Shown in pieces: positions 55,633 through 64,000 of a stretch of 64,000 bases of DNA. The position numbers were made by a program, and so were the translations under genes. The notes below the pieces were generated by a model that was given only the letters and a program-made list of their open reading frames with translations, made no database searches and had not been told where the DNA came from. Position 1 is the first letter of the stretch, and the number at the start of each line of letters is the position of its first letter. Source of the DNA: Escherichia coli O127:H6 str. E2348/69 (GTDB lineage Bacteria > Pseudomonadota > Gammaproteobacteria > Enterobacterales > Enterobacteriaceae); NCBI RefSeq assembly GCF_000026545.1, contig NC_011601.1, one strand, 5' to 3'.

Positions 55633-56841
55633 TCAGGCGTCGCGTTCAAGCAAACGACGCGCGGCGCGTTTCTGGCTAAACTGCCAACCCAGCGCAAGGA
55701 AAGTGAAGATGCCAATAATGCCCAGCATCATCCACGGAAGCTCTGGCTGGTGCGCCGATTTGCCCAGGTCAAACAGCCAGCCGCCACCGATATAACCAAT
55801 AGCGCCGCCAATCGCCAGACCCAGACGGCTAAACCCCATATAGCTGCCGCGAGCTCTTGCGTCTGCCAGCGAAGCACTTAAGGTTTCACGCGCAGGCTCG
55901 GCAATGATCGACCCGATATAAAACAGACAAATCAGGGTGAAAAGTTGTTGCAGGCCGCTGACCATGCCTACTGGCATCATGCTTAATGACATTATTAACA
56001 GCCCAGCCATTAACCGGTGTTCCAGACGAAAATGCTTTTCACTCCAGCGGGCGATAGGGTAGAGCAACGTTAACGACAGACACGCTTCAATGGCATACAT
56101 CCATTTAACGGCAGAGGGCGCGCCAGCCACGTCGTTGACCATAATTGGCAGCATCAGCATCACTTGTACAGCCAGCATGTAGTAACCCGCCAGCGTCAGG
56201 ACATAGGTGACAAAACGCTTGTCGCGCATCACGCGGGTCATGCCTTCGCGAACGGGCGTGCGTACGGTGGAGAGTTTCCATGCCGGTAACAACCACGCAT
56301 TGAACGCTGCACACAGCACAAACAAAACTGCCCCTGTGGCGCAGACCAGGCGAAAGTCGTATTGCAACAGCCAGCTCCCCAACAATGCGCCAATGACCGC
56401 ACCGGCACTGTCCTGCATCATCAACAGCGAGAAAAAACGACCACGCTGTTGTGGACGGATTAGTTTCACCACCAGCGCCGAACGCGGAGGATCAAACAAC
56501 GTGCCGCCGAGTCCCGAAAGCAGGCATGAAAACCACAGTAGCCACGGTTCGTGGGCGATACCCATTGTGGCGAATCCGGCGGCACGCATCAGCATACCGG
56601 TGACAATCATCGGTTTGGCACCAAAGCGGTCGGCAATTGCGCCGCCGAAAATACCCAGACCTTGCTGAATAAACTGGCGTAGACCGAGGGCAATACCGAC
56701 CATGACGGCGGCCCAGCCCATTTGATCAACGAAGCGGATAGAGATCAGCGGGAAGACAACAAAGAACCCCAGCACGACCAGCATATTATCGATGAGCAGG
56801 AAATATTTACCCAGGTTCCTCGCCTGCGACACGCGGGACAT
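55633..56841 (-). CDS. mdtH: MFS multidrug transporter MdtH
   Basis: [27 protein letters not shown]... (402 aa) from the internal ATG at 56841 of ORF 55633..56871. Confidence 0.93.
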
Positions 56842-57076
56842 TTCCCCTCCCGGGAAATAAAAGATGAGCACTTTCTATTCTGCATTGCCGCTAAGACTTT
56901 TCCCATCACTTCGGGGACAATATTTTTTTATCAAAACGTCGCTTTGATAGAGAGTTTTTATCAAATATGTGAATAATGCAGAAAATGGCATTCTGGACTT
57001 TTCACAGGGTCTGGTTGCGCAGGTATAGTAATACTTACAGCGTATTAAAGACGTTACGGGAAGGAGTAGGTATAGA

Positions 57077-58319
<1,243 letters not shown>

Positions 58320-58320
58320 A

Positions 58321-59244
58321 GTGAAAAAATTACGTATCGGCGTAGTGGGGTTAGGCGGCATTGCGCAAAAAGCGTGGTTACCGGTGCTGGCGGCAGCGTC
58401 TGACTGGACGTTACAAGGTGCGTGGTCGCCTACGCGCGCGAAAGCCCTGCCAATTTGTGAAAGCTGGCGCATTCCTTATGCCGATTCGTTATCCAGCCTT
58501 GCCGCCAGTTGCGATGCGGTTTTTGTGCATTCCAGCACCGCCAGCCACTTTGACGTGGTCAGTACGTTACTCAATGCGGGGGTACATGTCTGTGTCGATA
58601 AACCGCTGGCAGAAAATCTGCGCGATGCTGAACGGCTGGTGGAACTTGCGGCGCGGAAAAAACTGACGTTGATGGTCGGTTTTAACCGTCGTTTCGCACC
58701 ACTCTACGGAGAGTTAAAAACGCAACTCGCCACCGCAGCCTCGCTAAGAATGGATAAACATCGTAGCAATAGCGTCGGGCCACACGATCTTTATTTCACG
58801 TTGCTGGATGATTATTTGCATGTGGTTGATACCGCGCTGTGGTTGTCTGGCGGCAATGCAACTCTCGAAAGCGGTACGTTGCTGACCAATGAGTCCGGCG
58901 AAATGCTGTTTGCCGAGCACCATTTTTCGGCCGGTCCTTTGCAGATCACCACCTGTATGCATCGCCGTGCCGGAAGCCAGCGTGAAACCGTGCAGGCCGT
59001 GACTGACGGTGCGCTCATCGACATTACGGATATGCGCGAATGGCGTGAGGAGCGTGGGCAGGGCGTAGTGCATAAACCGATTCCTGGTTGGCAGAGTACG
59101 CTTGAGCAACGTGGATTTGTCGGCTGTGCGCGGCACTTCATTGAATGCGTGCAAAATCAGACAGTTCCGCAAACAGCCGGCGAACAGGCCGTGCTGGCGC
59201 AACGTATCGTTGACAAGATCTGGCGCGATGCGATGAGTGAATAA
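58321..59244 (+). CDS. yceM: Gfo/Idh/MocA-family oxidoreductase YceM (MviM)
   Basis: A GTG start at 58321 gives MKKLRIGVVGLGGIAQKAWLP... (307 aa). The ORF-track ATG at 58288 would overlap yceH. Confidence 0.88.
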   Translation: MKKLRIGVVGLGGIAQKAWLPVLAAASDWTLQGAWSPTRAKALPICESWRIPYADSLSSLAASCDAVFVHSSTASHFDVVSTLLNAGVHVCVDKPLAENLRDAERLVELAARKKLTLMVGFNRRFAPLYGELKTQLATAASLRMDKHRSNSVGPHDLYFTLLDDYLHVVDTALWLSGGNATLESGTLLTNESGEMLFAEHHFSAGPLQITTCMHRRAGSQRETVQAVTDGALIDITDMREWREERGQGVVHKPIPGWQSTLEQRGFVGCARHFIECVQNQTVPQTAGEQAVLAQRIVDKIWRDAMSE

Positions 59245-59266
59245 ACCCTGTAACATCTGGCGGTAG

Positions 59267-60889
<1,623 letters not shown>

Positions 60890-60928
60890 CGATACATTCC
60901 GGCCCGCAGTGCAGGCCGGAGTTAATCT

Positions 60929-61345
60929 TCAGATCGAAATCTTTTTACTGCCGCGATGGGTTGTTGAGGTCTGACCGTTCGCCCCATACAGCGTCGGTTC
61001 CTGATGCGGTTTCAACATTTCCAGCGCCTGTTGATTGCGTTCAATCTGTCCTTCCAGTAACCAGCCGTTATGTTGATTCAGTTGGCGTAGTTGCTGCGTT
61101 TTGCCAGTAATTTCCTGCCAGCGTTGACTAATATCAACGCTATTTGCTGTATTGGGTTCTTTCCTGCGTAACTGTTCGAGGTAATCCAGCGTCGCCAGCA
61201 GTGAGCTTTTTTGTTCTGTAATCCATTGCAACTGGCTGCCGTTGATCTGCCCCATAGAGAGATGTTGCTGCTCTTGATCCATTACCGTTTTGAGATCGTT
61301 AAGCACAGCGGACATCTGGTCGAGGATCTCTGCAAGACGCGTCAT
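60929..61345 (-). CDS. flgN: Flagellar export chaperone FlgN
   Basis: 138 aa. Matches K-12 FlgN. Confidence 0.95.
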   Translation of the reverse strand: MTRLAEILDQMSAVLNDLKTVMDQEQQHLSMGQINGSQLQWITEQKSSLLATLDYLEQLRRKEPNTANSVDISQRWQEITGKTQQLRQLNQHNGWLLEGQIERNQQALEMLKPHQEPTLYGANGQTSTTHRGSKKISI

Positions 61346-61349
61346 ACGA

Positions 61350-61643
61350 TCAATTACTCTGCAAGTCTTGCTGCGCTTCGTTGATCAGCGCATCGGCAAT
61401 TTTGCCGGTGTCCATTTTTAGTTCACCGTTACGAATCGCCAGTTTTAACGCTTCGACACGTTCAAGATTGATATCGCTGCTGCCGGGTTGCATCAGTTTT
61501 GCTTGCGCGTCGCTTAACGTCACACTGGTGCTGGTGGAGGCTGTTGTTTTTGCCGCTCGGGTGTTTGTTACCGGCGCGTCAGTGGTTTCGCGCGGTTGAA
61601 CGGTGCTTACTGGCTTCAGAGGCGAAGTGCGATCAATACTCAT
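61350..61643 (-). CDS. flgM: Anti-sigma-28 factor FlgM
   Basis: 97 aa. Matches K-12 FlgM. Confidence 0.95.
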   Translation of the reverse strand: MSIDRTSPLKPVSTVQPRETTDAPVTNTRAAKTTASTSTSVTLSDAQAKLMQPGSSDINLERVEALKLAIRNGELKMDTGKIADALINEAQQDLQSN

Positions 61644-61718
61644 GGTTTATTCCTCATTGAGGGCGCTTTTATCATGTGTTGCTTATTTATCGGCAAGGGA
61701 CGGGTAATCTTTAACAGC

Positions 61719-62378
61719 TTACAGGTTTATAAGAATATTCCCATCTGCATCAACAACGCCGCTGACCACTTGTCCCGATATCATGCGCACCCGCGCATTC
61801 TGTGCGACGGCTGCATTGTTCAGCGCCTGACCTTCTGCGTTGGCGCTAAACCCATCACCGCTGGCGATCACGTTGACACGTTGTCCCGCTTTTACCCGCC
61901 ATGCCTGGCGAAAGTGGGTTAACTGGATAGGTTGATCGGGTGATAGATCGCGCAGGCTAACGGCATCAACAAGTTGATTGATATCCAGCACCGTACGCGG
62001 TGGCAAGGTATCCAGCCGTCCGCGTTTCAGTTTGACATTGCCAGCTTCCAGCTTTCCTCCACGCACAATGGGCATCGCGGCAACCACATAATTTCCTGTG
62101 GCCTGCACATTAACCTGTAAATATCGTTTGTCGTTACCGCAGCGTGCCAACACATTCACATTGCCCCACAGACGGGAATTATTGCTCATCGAAAGCAATG
62201 GCTGATCGCACGGCGGTAGCAGATTGGGTGCTGTACGAATAGAAACACGAACCTCATCACTTACCCCCGCGAGTTGGGCGCTAAAAAAGTTGTGCAATTG
62301 CGATGTGAGATTGCTCGCCGTACTTAACGGACTGAACAGTATCGCGATGATCGCCACGCTACGTTTTATTGTCAGCAT
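61719..62378 (-). CDS. flgA: Flagellar P-ring assembly chaperone FlgA
   Basis: 219 aa with a signal peptide. Confidence 0.95.
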   Translation of the reverse strand: MLTIKRSVAIIAILFSPLSTASNLTSQLHNFFSAQLAGVSDEVRVSIRTAPNLLPPCDQPLLSMSNNSRLWGNVNVLARCGNDKRYLQVNVQATGNYVVAAMPIVRGGKLEAGNVKLKRGRLDTLPPRTVLDINQLVDAVSLRDLSPDQPIQLTHFRQAWRVKAGQRVNVIASGDGFSANAEGQALNNAAVAQNARVRMISGQVVSGVVDADGNILINL

Positions 62379-62532
62379 TTTCGTCCCCAGCCATTTCTAC
62401 AACGTGAATTGTACCTGTCCGCAATGACCATCAACGGCATAAATAGCGACCCATTTTGCGTTTATTCCGCCGATAACGCGCGCGTAAAGGCATTTAAGCT
62501 GATGGCCGAATTTTGATACCTGCGGAGGAGAT
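62379..62532. promoter_or_regulatory. Divergent flgAMN / flgBCDEFGHIJ class-2 promoter region
   Basis: A 154-bp spacer between divergent flagellar operons, known to be FlhDC-dependent. I did not map the sites. Confidence 0.6.
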
Positions 62533-62949
62533 ATGCTCGATAAGCTCGACGCCGCCTTACGTTTTCAACAAGAGGCGCTCAATCTGCGCGCCCAGCGTCA
62601 GGAAGTGCTGGCAGCAAACATCGCCAATGCCGATACCCCTGGTTATCAGGCGCGCGATATCGATTTTGCCAGTGAACTTAAAAAAGTCATGCAACGTGGA
62701 CGGGATGCAACCAGTGTGGTTGCTCTGACGATGACCTCAACGAAACACATTCCGGCGCAGGCGCTGACGCCTCCTTCCGCAGAACTGCAATACCGTATTC
62801 CGGACCAGCCTTCGCTTGACGGTAATACTGTCGATATGGATCGCGAACGCACCCAGTTTGCCGATAACAGCCTGCAATACCAGATGAGCCTTAGCGCGTT
62901 GAGCGGGCAGATCAAAGGCATGATGAACGTTTTACAGAGCGGAAATTAA
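62533..62949 (+). CDS. flgB: Flagellar proximal rod protein FlgB
   Basis: 138 aa. Matches K-12 FlgB. Confidence 0.95.
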   Translation: MLDKLDAALRFQQEALNLRAQRQEVLAANIANADTPGYQARDIDFASELKKVMQRGRDATSVVALTMTSTKHIPAQALTPPSAELQYRIPDQPSLDGNTVDMDRERTQFADNSLQYQMSLSALSGQIKGMMNVLQSGN

Positions 62950-62952
62950 CGG

Positions 62953-63357
62953 ATGGCACTGCTGAATATTTTTGATATCGCCGGGTCGGCGTTAACTGCC
63001 CAGTCCCAGCGCCTGAACGTGGCGGCCAGTAATCTGGCGAATGCTGATAGCGTCACCGGTCCCGATGGACAGCCATATCGGGCAAAACAGGTGGTATTCC
63101 AGGTTAACGCTGCGCCAGGTGCTGCGACAGGCGGCGTAAAGGTTGCCGATGTTATAGAAAGTCAGGCTCCGGACAAACTGGTTTATGAACCGGGTAATCC
63201 GCTGGCGGATGCAAAGGGCTACGTGAAAATGCCAAACGTTGATGTCGTCGGAGAGATGGTTAACACCATGTCGGCGTCACGCAGTTATCAGGCCAATGTT
63301 GAAGTGCTCAACACGGTGAAAAGCATGATGCTGAAAACCCTTACGCTCGGTCAATAA
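62953..63357 (+). CDS. flgC: Flagellar proximal rod protein FlgC
   Basis: 134 aa. Matches K-12 FlgC. Confidence 0.95.
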
Positions 63358-63368
63358 AGGAGAAAGCT

Positions 63369-64000
63369 ATGTCTATTGCGGTAACCACCACCGATCCGAC
63401 GAATACCGGCGTCAGTACCACCAGCAGTAGTTCGCTCACGGGCAGCAACGCCGCAGATTTACAAAGCAGTTTTCTGACTTTGTTGGTGGCGCAGCTGAAA
63501 AACCAGGACCCGACCAATCCAATGGAAAACAACGAGCTGACGTCGCAATTGGCACAAATCAGCACGGTCAGTGGGATTGAAAAACTCAATACCACGCTCG
63601 GATCTATTTCCGGACAGATTGATAACAGCCAGTCGTTACAGGCCAGTAACCTTATCGGTCACGGCGTGATGATCCCCGGTACCACTGTTCTTGCGGGAAC
63701 CGGCAGTGAAGAAGGGGCTGTGACCACGACCACGCCGTTTGGTGTTGAGTTGCAACAGGCAGCAGACAAAGTGACGGCCACCATCACCGATAAAAACGGC
63801 GCGGTCGTCCGTACCATTGATATCGGTGAACTGACTGCCGGAGTCCACAGTTTCACCTGGGACGGTACGTTGACTGACGGCAGCACTGCGCCGAACGGTT
63901 CTTACAATGTAGCGATTAGCGCCAGTAACGGTGGTACACAACTGGTTGCCCAGCCGCTGCAGTTTGCTCTGGTGCAGGGTGTGATCCGCGGCAACAACGG
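63369..64000 (+). CDS. flgD: Flagellar hook cap protein FlgD (3' end outside the window)
   Basis: Absent from the ORF track because it is open at the window edge. My translation from the ATG at 63369 is MSIAVTTTDPTNTGVSTTSSSSLTGSNAADLQSSFLTLLVAQLKNQDPTNPMENNELTSQLAQISTVSGIEKL... Confidence 0.9.
   Translation, partial: MSIAVTTTDPTNTGVSTTSSSSLTGSNAADLQSSFLTLLVAQLKNQDPTNPMENNELTSQLAQISTVSGIEKLNTTLGSISGQIDNSQSLQASNLIGHGVMIPGTTVLAGTGSEEGAVTTTTPFGVELQQAADKVTATITDKNGAVVRTIDIGELTAGVHSFTWDGTLTDGSTAPNGSYNVAISASNGGTQLVAQPLQFALVQGVIRGNN

Overview
This window is an Escherichia coli chromosome segment. I identified genes by reading the ORF-track proteins and the DNA by eye; I ran no searches or computations.

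**Layout**
- The left ~29 kb (1 to ~29,000) is a mosaic, IS-scarred genomic island that ends next to tRNA-Ser(GGA) serX.
- The right ~35 kb is ordinary conserved core: ghrA-ycdXYZ, curli csgGFED/csgBAC, ymdAB-clsC, opgC/opgGH, yceK-msyB-mdtG-lpxL, trhO, yceIJ, yceO, solA, bssS, dinI, pyrC, yceB, grxB, mdtH, rimJ-yceH-yceM-murJ, and flgNMA/flgBCD.

**Island modules, left to right**
1. A tightly packed minus-strand type I R-M operon with a DarT/DarG ADP-ribosyltransferase toxin-antitoxin pair wedged between hsdS and hsdR. A small upstream ORF is preceded by a triple palindromic 9-bp repeat.
2. A visibly AT-rich orphan block with two small unknown ORFs and a GIY-YIG-like gene clipped by IS3.
3. 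An IS graveyard whose insertion order can be reconstructed: IS3, an IS66-family fragment, an IS911 remnant, and IS30 interrupted by an IS629-like element.
4. A CP4-44/CP4-57-like module. It contains a frameshifted yeeP-like GTPase, an intact Ag43 Dam/OxyR phase switch in front of a doubly truncated flu gene, then DUF932, antirestriction, RadC, DUF987, CbeA/CbtA, YeeW-like, DUF957 and DUF4942 genes.

**Top candidate for a novel system**
A three-gene, translationally coupled operon at 19480-23836 sits where the 3' part of flu should be. It encodes a dynamin-like GTPase resembling YjdA/CrfC/RdcA, a YjcZ/RdcB-like protein, and a patatin-like phospholipase. I do not recognise this combination as a named defence system.
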